Positions 19,096 through 28,642 are shown, counted from the stretch's first letter. The stretch is 64,000 nucleotides of DNA from Anaerolineales bacterium (GCA_015075725.1 JABTTV010000001.1:3461223-3525222), one strand, 5' to 3'. Made by a program: numbers and translations. The notes: generated by a model from the sequence alone, not told the origin.

Positions 19096-20205
19096 TTAGA
19101 TAATCGTCACTTTTCCCCACTCAACATTTGGAAGTTTTCCATACTTTCGCCTATTCCCCATCAACACTGCAATGTCTTCAGGTAAATTTTTAAATGCCCA
19201 GAGAGCAGCCTTCTTGACCCAATCCGGGCTTACCTGTGCATAAACAAGCCGGACACCAGTTTCCCGACAGAATGCCAAGGCTTCTGTCCATCTCCTTCGT
19301 GTAATATCTTCTATTTCTTCCTTCTTTTTGTGCTCATCCCCAATTTCTAACCAGAACAAGGTCTCGAAACCCTGAATCCGACCCCAGGCAAGCCCGTCAG
19401 GGCGCACTGATGTTACAGGAAGTTGTACTTCGCTCCATCCCGTCCATATTTCAACTTGTGGATAGGCGGATCGTAACCATGCCGGCCACCTTCGGGAATT
19501 CGTCCTATGTGATGTTCCAATTAAGTGCGGGTTCAATTCCTTCACGCCGCTAAAATCCACTCCATTTGATGCCCCCCAACTGCGTAAGGCAACGGATACT
19601 CCTTTGCGGGTTGGATGCCACATCCAGTACGGATCCATTTTCTTTGACTTCGACTTATCTTTTTGGAACTGCTCGCCAAGTTTGAATACCACCATTTTTT
19701 TCTTTTGAAGCCTTTGCAAAACATCATAGGTCGTTGTTTCAGGAAGGCCTGTCAAAGAAGCGATCTCCTCCTCAATTCCTTTCCGGTTTCTTGCCAAAAC
19801 CTGGAGACATTTCAACTCTTCACGAGAGAAACGCGAGAACTCATCGTCCACCTTGGGAGGACGAAGAAGTGAAGAAGAAAATAATCTTGGACCAAAAGAG
19901 AAACTGCGATAATCCGGTGTCTTGTCTTTTGAAGTGACAACATATGGAATGGAAAACCCGGCTGTCATGGATCGTTTGACCTCCATCAGATACCATTCCC
20001 CAGGAGATGTCACACGGATCCAAAGAGACGCACCGGGTCTTTTTTTATCCAACTCGGCAACCAGGCGCTGCAAGAGGGGATGAAAGTCAAATGGTGGCAA
20101 TCCATTCAAGGCGTCAATATCGAATATGAAGGTATCGGTATAGCCGCCTTCAAATTTTAGGCTGATCCAATCGGAGAAGGTTACATCACCCAGTCGTACG
20201 GTCAT
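19096..20205 (-). CDS. wHTH + Replic_Relax-like (PD-(D/E)XK-type) protein
   Basis: Central HTH (EEEIASLTGLPETTTYDVLQRLQKK) and C-terminal VRPDG...LFWLEIG. It is the last gene of the transfer operon. Confidence 0.5.
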   Translation of the reverse strand: MTVRLGDVTFSDWISLKFEGGYTDTFIFDIDALNGLPPFDFHPLLQRLVAELDKKRPGASLWIRVTSPGEWYLMEVKRSMTAGFSIPYVVTSKDKTPDYRSFSFGPRLFSSSLLRPPKVDDEFSRFSREELKCLQVLARNRKGIEEEIASLTGLPETTTYDVLQRLQKKKMVVFKLGEQFQKDKSKSKKMDPYWMWHPTRKGVSVALRSWGASNGVDFSGVKELNPHLIGTSHRTNSRRWPAWLRSAYPQVEIWTGWSEVQLPVTSVRPDGLAWGRIQGFETLFWLEIGDEHKKKEEIEDITRRRWTEALAFCRETGVRLVYAQVSPDWVKKAALWAFKNLPEDIAVLMGNRRKYGKLPNVEWGKVTII

Positions 20206-20208
20206 GGG

Positions 20209-20910
20209 TTAATCCGAACATCCAATGTTGATGTACTCATCAACCGTAAAATAGTTTTGAGGGTTCAGCCAGACAGCGCTTTGTTCCCCTGTCTTCTGGC
20301 GAATGCCGTAATGTAAATGCGCACCGGTGCTGTTACCGGTGTTGCCGCTCAATCCAACGATATCGCCGTAGTTTACGATTTGCCCCTCCACTACCTGGAT
20401 GCTGCTCAGATGAGCCAACCAGACCTGATAACTATTGTTCTCAATCACCACCAGATTACCCCACGGACCGTTCGAGCCAGCCCACACGACTTTGCCTGCG
20501 ATGGTTGTATGAATAGGCGTGCCTTCATTCACGGGAAAGTCACTACCAGTATGCGTCTGGTAATGTGGGTCTTGGAACTTACATCCTAATAATGGCTTGT
20601 CATAGATATCACCCCAATGTGGAATGGGGCCGATCAAGGGCAAACCATAGATATCAGAACCGGGTCCAACATAGCCATCGAAGGGAACAGCGCTCATTCC
20701 AGATGGAAGCGAATTGCCATACGAACCGTTGTCGCTGGTCTCTGCATATTGGGGGATATCGAACAACCATTGCTCCACACCGGGCTGCGCCCATGCCGGG
20801 AGTTGCGGAATGGTCAGAACCACCAGCATGACATAACCCACCACCAAAGCCGCCCCGCATAACAACGGGGCGGTCATCAAGACAATGGAAAATCGGAAGA
20901 AACCTTTCAT
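20209..20910 (-). CDS. M23 family metallopeptidase (cell-wall hydrolase of transfer module)
   Basis: HTGSDF, HLS and TGNSTGAHLHY motifs; N-terminal membrane anchor. Confidence 0.9.
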   Translation of the reverse strand: MKGFFRFSIVLMTAPLLCGAALVVGYVMLVVLTIPQLPAWAQPGVEQWLFDIPQYAETSDNGSYGNSLPSGMSAVPFDGYVGPGSDIYGLPLIGPIPHWGDIYDKPLLGCKFQDPHYQTHTGSDFPVNEGTPIHTTIAGKVVWAGSNGPWGNLVVIENNSYQVWLAHLSSIQVVEGQIVNYGDIVGLSGNTGNSTGAHLHYGIRQKTGEQSAVWLNPQNYFTVDEYINIGCSD

Positions 20911-21842
20911 TACAGGACTCGTCCCAGCCGATCCAGGCGAATTTCGCCTTGTTGTCCAGCTTGTAAGCCCATCGAGGCTTCAATGGATAAGCCATTACGG
21001 ATCATGCGCATCGAGAGCCAGTAGGAAACTCCTGAGCCGAGAATAACGGGAGAAAGAAATAATGGATTACCAGAATACAACTTCCCGACTTCGGGAGTGG
21101 TGATGGCAATCAATACCAAAACGGCAGGAGGGAAAAGAGCAAGAAAACGCGCCTGCCATTCCACGCCTTTGGCGGCAGCACGCGCGCGGGATAAGACTTC
21201 AACCACTGTTCCAAGAGTCTTTCGCAAGGATGCAACCAACGGTCCGATCTCGATACGTCCTTCGATGGATGCTAATAATGAAGTGGCTACAATGTCCACG
21301 GCGGGGTTGTCCCAGGCGGTGGTCCATTCGCGTACAGCTAATGCCGCTTCATCGGCGGGTGCAGTCCGTAAACGCACAACTAAATCACCCAGCACCATCC
21401 TGCCATCCGGTCCCACGGCCTGTGCCGCATCATCCAGGGCATCGCCCAAAGGCTTACCTTGTGATAACAACGTCTCCACCACACCCAAGCCACGCAAAAT
21501 GTCCTTGGCTTGCTTCAAGCGGAATTCCTGACGTTTGTCGGAGAGCGTGCCTGCATATAACAGACCACCCGCAATCGCAAACAGGATCGCAGGAAAGACT
21601 CCGAAGAATATCCCTCCTGCCAGTCCACCACCGACCCACGCCAGAAACCCATACGCAATCTGGTTGAATGCCAGTCCCGTTCCGGTCTGTCGAGCGAACT
21701 TTTCAGGATCGAATTTTTTCTTTGGTTGGGCGATGCCCATCGCGCGTGCCATGCCCGCTTCATCCACGGTACGGCGCCAGCCAAAGGCGATGGGGATGGT
21801 TGCCAGCGCCAGGGCGCCAAGTATTGAAATCAACGTAATCAT
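20910..21842 (-). CDS. tadB: TadB-like type II secretion F-domain protein
   Basis: TM helices plus a T2SSF segment (LLSQGKPLGDALDDAA...); start MITLIS at 21842 after a GGAGA RBS. Confidence 0.7.
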   Translation of the reverse strand: MITLISILGALALATIPIAFGWRRTVDEAGMARAMGIAQPKKKFDPEKFARQTGTGLAFNQIAYGFLAWVGGGLAGGIFFGVFPAILFAIAGGLLYAGTLSDKRQEFRLKQAKDILRGLGVVETLLSQGKPLGDALDDAAQAVGPDGRMVLGDLVVRLRTAPADEAALAVREWTTAWDNPAVDIVATSLLASIEGRIEIGPLVASLRKTLGTVVEVLSRARAAAKGVEWQARFLALFPPAVLVLIAITTPEVGKLYSGNPLFLSPVILGSGVSYWLSMRMIRNGLSIEASMGLQAGQQGEIRLDRLGRVL

Positions 21843-21843
21843 C

Positions 21844-22335
21844 TTATCTCCACGTAAACCAGAATGCGAGTTCCTGCGCTCCACCATTTGCAAGCCAGAC
21901 GGCAAAGTAAATTCCCACGACTCCCAGCAGGACAGTCAACAGCGGATAGACTCCGACTTCGTTCCATGCGAGGTCAATGGGGCGCATGTTTGCTTGCGGC
22001 ATCTGTGGTTGGTATGAAGGAGCAGGACGTTCACGCTCCACTGTCGGACGCTGTGCCTTTTGTTTGGATGGAGGTGGATCGCCTTCGGTTCTGCGGGTGG
22101 CTGCTTGTTGGTTGACATACTGCCGGGTCTGCATCGAATAGCGAAAACGACGCATCAACCAGACTTCGGGCGGGACGCGGTCGGGTCCAAGTCGCAGGAG
22201 AGCCAGCGCCATGAACCCGACCAATACCAGAAAACCGATCACCACCTTTCCGGTGAAAGATAGCGGAAGGAATAAACATAAGACAGCCAGCAATGCGCCA
22301 GCGCCTAGGATGCCAAGATCACGGTCGTTGAACAT
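21844..22335 (-). CDS. PrgI-like membrane protein
   Basis: Two N-terminal TMs followed by GPDRVPPEVWLMRRFRY, as in the PrgI family; operon position. Confidence 0.55.
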   Translation of the reverse strand: MFNDRDLGILGAGALLAVLCLFLPLSFTGKVVIGFLVLVGFMALALLRLGPDRVPPEVWLMRRFRYSMQTRQYVNQQAATRRTEGDPPPSKQKAQRPTVERERPAPSYQPQMPQANMRPIDLAWNEVGVYPLLTVLLGVVGIYFAVWLANGGAQELAFWFTWR

Positions 22336-22342
22336 GACACTC

Positions 22343-22609
22343 CTAGAATGGGGGCTTGGGTTGGAAGTTCTTCAACATCTCACCCAGTTGGGGAAGGAAG
22401 AGGAAGGCAAACAACACGATAATGACCAGACCGACCACACCGATGATCGCCATCGAGGTCATGCGGCTGCCGCCGAAGGCCATGCCTGCTGTGCCCTGCA
22501 GAATGAAATAGAGACCGCCGAGTAAAGCCACGACAATTAAGAGTCCTGCCATGAATGCCCAGGCGTCGCGGGCAATCGCCAGAATTTGTTCCATGATGGG
22601 ATCGAACAT
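22343..22609 (-). CDS. VirB2/TrbC-like pilin
   Basis: 88 aa with two long hydrophobic helices, in T4SS context. Confidence 0.5.
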   Translation of the reverse strand: MFDPIMEQILAIARDAWAFMAGLLIVVALLGGLYFILQGTAGMAFGGSRMTSMAIIGVVGLVIIVLFAFLFLPQLGEMLKNFQPKPPF

Positions 22610-22631
22610 AAATATCTTCTCCTTTGAATTT

Positions 22632-23114
22632 TCAACAAGTACCGAGAAACCAGGCAGCTAGAGGAATGGCGGCGCTGGCAAGGATCATGCCAAAGAGCGC
22701 TTCACCAGATTCAATGAGTGCATTGGCAAATGAGGATGCACCGCCAATCGAAGCGGACAACATCGTCGTAAATGCCGCTTTCAACATACGCAAGGCTGCC
22801 AGTCCACCGATCAATCCAGAGGCAAGTGTGCCCAATTCACTGATCGGTCCACAACTGCCTCCACCTGGCAGGGTGGACTGCAAAGCGCTTACGATCTGCG
22901 GAATTCCAAGGAAGGCAAACAAGCCCAACACCAGAATGGAAATCAGCGCAGATATGGATTCCCACACCCAAAGATTCGCGCCTAATACAGAGGCGGAACT
23001 CACGCGCAACATCTGGGCAATACCCGCCAGCAACGCGAAGGCGACAAATGCGCCTGCCAGGGCAACCCAGGCTTCGCGCAGGAAGGTCAATAAAAGGGAT
23101 GTGACTTCACTCAT
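22632..23114 (-). CDS. Multi-pass membrane protein of transfer operon
   Basis: 160 aa, about 4 TMs, ATGA-coupled to the upstream gene. Confidence 0.6.
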   Translation of the reverse strand: MSEVTSLLLTFLREAWVALAGAFVAFALLAGIAQMLRVSSASVLGANLWVWESISALISILVLGLFAFLGIPQIVSALQSTLPGGGSCGPISELGTLASGLIGGLAALRMLKAAFTTMLSASIGGASSFANALIESGEALFGMILASAAIPLAAWFLGTC

Positions 23115-23920
23115 GACAATGCCATCGGATTATGTTTATGGAATTCCGCTTCGAGCGCGGGATAGAAACGTTCACCCCAGAACTGCATCGGGAAGCGGCG
23201 CGCAGGACCAGTGCGATCTTTGAGGGTCAGGACTTCCAGTGGAGCGCAGCCGCAATCGCGGACATCCCCGGTGCGGTTGACCACCAACACACGATCTGCT
23301 TCATAAGGGACACGTTCATCGCCCAGGAGAGCAGATAGATCATCACCGTCATTGAAGCGTTCGGATTTCAAGGCGGCTGCCGCGATGATCGCCCAACCAT
23401 GATGCCGCGCCATCTCACGCAACGTGGCGGCGGCTTCGCCACTGCGACCTTCTTCGTTCATCATGCCGGTCAAGCCAATGACAGGCACGCGGTTGAGGTA
23501 ATCCACGGCGATCAGCGCTGGTCCTTTGACAGGGAAGGCGTAATCATGGATTAGCATGTCTTCCAACGCGCGCACTGTATCCTCACGTGAGTTGAGCGAC
23601 AGCAATACCGCTTCACTGGCGCGTGCCAGGGCTGCTTCCACAACGGGTTGTGATGGTTGCGTATGAGGTCCACCAGTCATTGCCTCTGTTTGCAGAAACA
23701 GGCGAAAACGCAATTCTTCCGGGGTGTGTTCATAACAGCCAATGGCAGATGGAATATGCAGACAGGCAGACTCGAAGATCATCCGCAGCAGCCAGGAAGT
23801 CTTTCCGATTCCTGGCGCTGCGACGAGTAGAGTCAAGCCGCCGCCCCAGAAAGGCAGGCCAGCGAAGACACCAAAGGGAGTGTATGGTTGGGGATTGCCC
23901 AAAGTTCCAGAGCGTGGCAT
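23111..23920 (-). CDS. DnaB-like RecA-fold ATPase (C-terminal helicase domain only)
   Basis: AAPGIGKT, AVDYL, VPYEADRVLVV and LKDRTGP (DnaB H4/Arg-finger-like). No DnaB N-terminal domain. Confidence 0.7.
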   Translation of the reverse strand: MPRSGTLGNPQPYTPFGVFAGLPFWGGGLTLLVAAPGIGKTSWLLRMIFESACLHIPSAIGCYEHTPEELRFRLFLQTEAMTGGPHTQPSQPVVEAALARASEAVLLSLNSREDTVRALEDMLIHDYAFPVKGPALIAVDYLNRVPVIGLTGMMNEEGRSGEAAATLREMARHHGWAIIAAAALKSERFNDGDDLSALLGDERVPYEADRVLVVNRTGDVRDCGCAPLEVLTLKDRTGPARRFPMQFWGERFYPALEAEFHKHNPMALS

Positions 23921-23966
23921 GGGGTCATCTTATTCAATTGTGGAAGGGGGATGTGTGCCCGTGTCG

Positions 23967-24437
23967 CTATGGAGTCGGTAGGAATAAACGCAATAAGAGA
24001 TAGACGATCAATCCAAGCAACAGACCTGGCAGGGCTGGGATGTTCCCTTGTTGTCTACGTATCCAAAGCCTGCGCCAGAGTTCCAATCCCAGAAGAGACA
24101 GCAATACGGCAGGTAAAGGAAAAAGACAGGCAAGCCCGCTAATCGCAAGCAAATCTGCCCTGCCAATAATGCTCTTGCGATACCCATATCCGGTGAACAA
24201 CACCGGCCAGACAGGTGGGTAAAACAACATGGGTATGGCGAACCAACCGGATAGATTACGGAAGATGCTCCACAAACATGCCAGCAATACGATCCCGGTC
24301 TGAATGGGTGTGGCGGGAAATGTCAAAAGGATCGTTCCTAACAGAAAGACTTCGATTCCTGGAACCAGGCGATAACGCAGGTCGGCATAGCTGAATATGG
24401 AAAAGGAGACCAGTGCAAAGGTTTCTGCGAGGGTCAT
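23967..24437 (-). CDS. A24-like prepilin peptidase (TadV/CpaA-like)
   Basis: YADLRYRLVP and IGRADL, matching the two catalytic Asp motifs; hydrophobic. Confidence 0.6.
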   Translation of the reverse strand: MTLAETFALVSFSIFSYADLRYRLVPGIEVFLLGTILLTFPATPIQTGIVLLACLWSIFRNLSGWFAIPMLFYPPVWPVLFTGYGYRKSIIGRADLLAISGLACLFPLPAVLLSLLGLELWRRLWIRRQQGNIPALPGLLLGLIVYLLLRLFLPTP

Positions 24438-26140
24438 GAGCGATCCTCTTCATCCCTGGAGTTTGGCATGAATGTAAGTATCTCCTTCACCCGTGTTGCG
24501 TTGCCGATTTCAGAAGCGCGCATCAATGGATCGCGCGCTGTCATGATCTCTTCCGAATGATCCAGATAAGCACGTGTCATCTGCGCCGTTTCCTGCGGGT
24601 ATTGAGCGGCGAAAACATTCGGGTCCATCCCATGTTGAGAGATGTCTGCGGACATGGCTTGAAAGCCCTGCTGGAATTCTTGAGGGGAGCCGTTGAAGTT
24701 GGATTGAATGGAGGCATTCACCGATGTCGAGAAACCAAAGTCATCCGAAGGTGATGTGGGTGGCGCGCCATTGAAGCGTTGCATCCGTTCTCCCAATTCC
24801 GCCTGTCGCGCCGCCAGTTCGTGCCCATGTGCCAGAGAACGATTATAGGCAGCCGGGGCACGCAATCCCATTGCTTCCAAATTTCCGGCTTGTTGTGTCA
24901 ATTGTTGTGCTGCATTCAAATGACTCATTGCGGCTTCCGCGCCGGTAAGTCCACTCGTGGCAGTAGATGTTGCAGATGCGCCAGCACCTGTCGTGGCTCC
25001 TGCCGCGCCAACCGCACCAGCTCCCGCCGCTCCCACGCCGCTGGCAGCCAGCATCCCGATGGAAACGATCTGTTGCGCTGCCTTGATCATCCCGCCAAAG
25101 GCATCTGCTGTGGTGGAGATGGTCATTTTGCCCAGGATGCCTGCCAGTGACAGCAACAATCCGGTCGCCCCCCATAACCAGACCACACGTAGAATGGCAG
25201 ACAATAATCCCTGCTGACCCATCCAGGTGCTGGCTGCCATGCCTGCTTTGAAGACTCCACCCGCAACAATGGGAAGAAGCGCGATCAGGATCACTGCCTT
25301 CATCCATAACGAACGCAACCAGGTTGCTTGAGGCAGAACACTTGCAATAGCCAGTGGTGGAGCAAGAACAGCGAGGATGAAAAGAACGGCATTGGCGGAC
25401 GCAAACGCAAACAACATCCCGCCGATGGCGAGTAACGAACCGATGGATAGACCAATATTGAGCAAACTGCCAAGGAAGGTCTGGTTGGCAAGACCCAATA
25501 GAATGGAAGTTGCTGTCGTGTTCTCGACGAAGCTGATCGCCAGTCCTCCCGTTTCACCAATTACTTTCCCAACCATCCACCATCCAAGACGAACGATCAG
25601 ATCCAAAAATGGACCGGATGCAACCGCCAATACACCAGCAGTCACCCAATCCCCAACCACACGCAAGCCACTGTCATCATCACCGAGTAGCCTTCCCCAG
25701 TGATACAGCGCCAGTCGTAATAGGAACAAAGCGGGCGCTAACGCGGCGGCAACCGGCAAACTGGATTGTGCCACTGTGCTGTAGTCGCCCTGACTGGGAG
25801 CCTGTACGATCTCGCCGATCACGCTTGTCCAGCGTGCCACTTCCTCGCTCATGGCGCGCACTTCCTTGTCGGCGGCTTTATCGAAGATGCCCGCCAGGGC
25901 TTCGGAGATGGTTTCGGCAGGGAAGATCAGGTGATTGAAGATCTGCGAGATAGTGGTTGTGGTATTTCCTCCACCTCCCGTGGGTGGAGTCGGCGTGACT
26001 GTGACCGTCACAGTGGGTGTGGGAGTCAGGAGCAGGTTTGCGTTGGAGGCATACACTGGCGTGGCAGACATTGTCAATCCACTCAGGAACAGGACGGCAA
26101 GGAAGATTGTCAGGATGATAAGGATGCGAAGTTTTTTCAT
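24434..26140 (-). CDS. VirB6/TrbL-like polytopic membrane protein
   Basis: Signal peptide, PT-rich linker, multiple TMs and an Ala/Gly-rich C-terminal tail as in TrbL. Start MKKLRIL at 26140 overlaps the upstream stop (ATGA). Confidence 0.65.
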   Translation of the reverse strand: MKKLRILIILTIFLAVLFLSGLTMSATPVYASNANLLLTPTPTVTVTVTPTPPTGGGGNTTTTISQIFNHLIFPAETISEALAGIFDKAADKEVRAMSEEVARWTSVIGEIVQAPSQGDYSTVAQSSLPVAAALAPALFLLRLALYHWGRLLGDDDSGLRVVGDWVTAGVLAVASGPFLDLIVRLGWWMVGKVIGETGGLAISFVENTTATSILLGLANQTFLGSLLNIGLSIGSLLAIGGMLFAFASANAVLFILAVLAPPLAIASVLPQATWLRSLWMKAVILIALLPIVAGGVFKAGMAASTWMGQQGLLSAILRVVWLWGATGLLLSLAGILGKMTISTTADAFGGMIKAAQQIVSIGMLAASGVGAAGAGAVGAAGATTGAGASATSTATSGLTGAEAAMSHLNAAQQLTQQAGNLEAMGLRAPAAYNRSLAHGHELAARQAELGERMQRFNGAPPTSPSDDFGFSTSVNASIQSNFNGSPQEFQQGFQAMSADISQHGMDPNVFAAQYPQETAQMTRAYLDHSEEIMTARDPLMRASEIGNATRVKEILTFMPNSRDEEDRS

Positions 26141-27042
26141 AAGTCCTTCAAGGCGTGTTGGGAGATATAGTTCCTTGTAAAACACAATTGCTGGTATCCG
26201 CATTGTTTGCAGATCGATGGCTGCCGCAGGGCATTCATGGGTGGGTGCGGACCCTTCTTCGCAAGGTTGGACAGGGACTCCACCGTTTTTTCCAGATCCC
26301 TATTGGCAAGGAGTTGATCGAAATGCTTCGCTTCGCCGGTCTCCCGATCCAGGGCAACGATGGCAGGCGTGTTGGACCAGGGTTGTTTTCCCAACGTGGT
26401 GCAGCGGCTTAGCAAGGAAAAGCGCAGTTGATCCTGTTCGCCATTGGAGACGAGTGAACCAATCTTGGTTTCCGTGACATGTCCCACAGGGATCTGCCAG
26501 ACCCAGGTATCGAATTGGACAGGCAGACGTACCCCAGGCAGGGTCAGGCAGACTTTCTCCGCATTCAGGCTGTAGCCAGCGTCACGTCCGATCAGCATCG
26601 CGGCGCGCCAATCCTGGGAGAGGAACGCCCATGTGCGAACGTAAATAAACAGGTTGCGCCAATCGCCGCCGAGATGATTGATCGCATTCTGGGAACCATA
26701 CCGGCGACTCATGGAGATATTCCCGCCGCGAAAGAGGGGCATAAGTTCCGGGGCGCGAAGATTATTATGTTGCCTTCTATATTCCTCCACTTCGCGGATG
26801 TAGGTTCGAATTTCCTCAATCAAAGAGTCAAAGTCATACTTAATCAAGAATTCGAGCAGAGTCCCACCGGATGATAGATCTTCGAGGGATTTCCAGACGG
26901 GATCGAAGGGCGGGGTAGGGTCGGCGCCCACCAGCCACCAACGTGCGGCAGCGGGGCAGAAGGTATAAACCAGCGCGGAGAGAATGGGATTCCCGCGCGC
27001 GTTTTTGGGGTTGAGCATGGCAAGGAAGAGATCAGTGTACAT
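26137..27042 (-). CDS. Cas4/AddB-like PD-(D/E)XK-fold protein with putative Fe-S staple
   Basis: N-terminal TFCP plus C-terminal CKQCGYQQLC; possible catalytic FDT...ETK. Confidence 0.5.
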   Translation of the reverse strand: MYTDLFLAMLNPKNARGNPILSALVYTFCPAAARWWLVGADPTPPFDPVWKSLEDLSSGGTLLEFLIKYDFDSLIEEIRTYIREVEEYRRQHNNLRAPELMPLFRGGNISMSRRYGSQNAINHLGGDWRNLFIYVRTWAFLSQDWRAAMLIGRDAGYSLNAEKVCLTLPGVRLPVQFDTWVWQIPVGHVTETKIGSLVSNGEQDQLRFSLLSRCTTLGKQPWSNTPAIVALDRETGEAKHFDQLLANRDLEKTVESLSNLAKKGPHPPMNALRQPSICKQCGYQQLCFTRNYISQHALKDL

Positions 27043-27427
27043 GCCAGACCATCAGAAGAAAGAGAATCGTTCGCCAGGCGGCGGGGGATTTCATGCCAGT
27101 GAGGGATTGCTTCTGAAAGAATCTCCAGAAGAACTGAATGATGCTGGTGATCAGGAAGGAGAGGAATACAAGCAGGATCAGGGATGGGATATTGGAATTG
27201 GGTAAAGCCCAAAGAACTGCCATCCAGAGTTTGACATCCCCGGCACCCATCCATCCACTTGCCCAGACGGAAAGCAGCAGAAAACATGCCAGCCACAAAT
27301 CAATATGTCCGGGGAAATGCGCGATCATGCCCGCAAGAATCAATGGATACGTACACCAGTTCGGAATGCGATGGGTACGCAGGTCATACAGACTCACAGC
27401 CAGAAGATAAAAAAGCAACCAGGTCAT
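27032..27427 (-). CDS. A24 prepilin peptidase
   Basis: LYDLRTHRIPN and MGAGDVKL motifs. Probable start is MTWLL at 27427; the ORF track extends to 27487. Confidence 0.8.
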   Translation of the reverse strand: MTWLLFYLLAVSLYDLRTHRIPNWCTYPLILAGMIAHFPGHIDLWLACFLLLSVWASGWMGAGDVKLWMAVLWALPNSNIPSLILLVFLSFLITSIIQFFWRFFQKQSLTGMKSPAAWRTILFLLMVWHVH

Positions 27428-27543
27428 TGGTTGCTCATGATATTGAAGAATTTGAAAGGGTATGGTGGATGTGTCGCTTTTGCCCATGATCGGAATTGGC
27501 GACAGAAGTTTTATACTTGATGAAATATTTGGTAAAATATCTT

Positions 27544-27587
27544 TGCAACGTCTAGGGTGCCCCCCTCACCCTGGGCGTTGCATTTTT
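27544..27587 (+). terminator. 16-bp hairpin followed by T5 (plus-strand terminator or REP-like element)
   Basis: TGCAACGTCTAGGGTG-N7-CACCCTGGGCGTTGCA-TTTTT. The two mismatches are G:U pairs only on the + strand. Confidence 0.5.
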
Positions 27588-27612
27588 AATGCGTGATGCT
27601 TGACATGTAACT

Positions 27613-27832
27613 TAACCCATAGTTTCGCCGTTTTGGCAAAACTATGCTTCCAGAATCCTAGTTTTGCAAATGGCACATAGGTGAAAAAGCTATCTCCTCA
27701 GCGCGAATATTGAAAAAGCTCTTCATCGACGATCTGTCCATTAGGCAGATTCAAAGATTTGACTACATTTGCGGTAATTGACTGCAATTTGTGGCGAAAA
27801 CACTAAATAAATTCTGGCAAAACTATGGGTTA
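27613..27832. repeat. 220-bp segment bounded by 17-bp inverted repeats
   Basis: TAACCCATAGTTTCGCC (27613-27629) vs GGCAAAACTATGGGTTA (27816-27832), 16/17 match. A third partial copy GGCAAAACTATG is at 27635-27646. Confidence 0.6.
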
Positions 27833-27946
27833 CGCCACAGCTGTATTAGCAACTTATAAGCTTGGCATTTTGACAAACTTATATTTTCAAACAATTATTG
27901 TCGGGAAAATTGACAACAACCGTATGGTGCAATCCTGGATCAGATT

Positions 27947-28627
27947 TTATTTGACATTCTCTTGGAGGTAGTGTTCCAATTTTGATTGAAAATAGGTCAG
28001 GACTGTTGTCATAATGAGATAGAACATTGCCGCCATGATAAAAAGCTCCAGAGACTTATATGTGGAACTAATTAACAATGTTGTACGATGTAGAAGTTCC
28101 GAGAGGCTGATTGCTGATACTAGTGATGAGTTTTTCAGCATAGCAATAAATTCATTTCCCAAAGGCGGAACCGCAATGCGCAAAGATTGAGGCAATATGA
28201 TATGTTGCATAGCTTTAAGGTCGTTTGCCCCATCAATCCTTGCAGCTTCAATTTGACTTATGTCAATAGCATCGATACTAGCGCGAAATATTTCCGAAAT
28301 GTAGGCCGCACTGTTTAATCCCAATCCAATTATTGCTGATTGTATTTCAGTAAACCTAATTCCTAATTGCGGGAGTCCACTATAGATTATGATAAGTTGG
28401 ACAAGAAGTGGCGTACCGCGAAAAATCCAAATATAGGCTTTGGCAAAATTTTTCAGGATGGAAATTCGAGACGATTGTAACAGTGCAAGAATAAGACCCA
28501 AAAAAACACCAATAAATTGGGAAATGGTTGAAATAAAAAAGGTAATTAGCGCTCCCTGTCCAAGGAAGACATAGAAATCCCATCGCAGAAAAACACTAAA
28601 ATCAAACGGCATAATAATAATTTGCAA
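27947..28627 (-). CDS. Polar amino-acid ABC transporter permease (HisM/GlnP family)
   Basis: FRGTPLLVQL and EAARIDGA (EAA loop) motifs. Confidence 0.9.
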   Translation of the reverse strand: MQIIIMPFDFSVFLRWDFYVFLGQGALITFFISTISQFIGVFLGLILALLQSSRISILKNFAKAYIWIFRGTPLLVQLIIIYSGLPQLGIRFTEIQSAIIGLGLNSAAYISEIFRASIDAIDISQIEAARIDGANDLKAMQHIILPQSLRIAVPPLGNEFIAMLKNSSLVSAISLSELLHRTTLLISSTYKSLELFIMAAMFYLIMTTVLTYFQSKLEHYLQENVK

Positions 28628-28642
28628 GCTGCTTGAATATAA

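Noticed and set aside
26137-27042. Cas4-like gene as evidence of a CRISPR-Cas locus
   Set aside because: No array or other cas genes are present; the gene is coupled to transfer genes.
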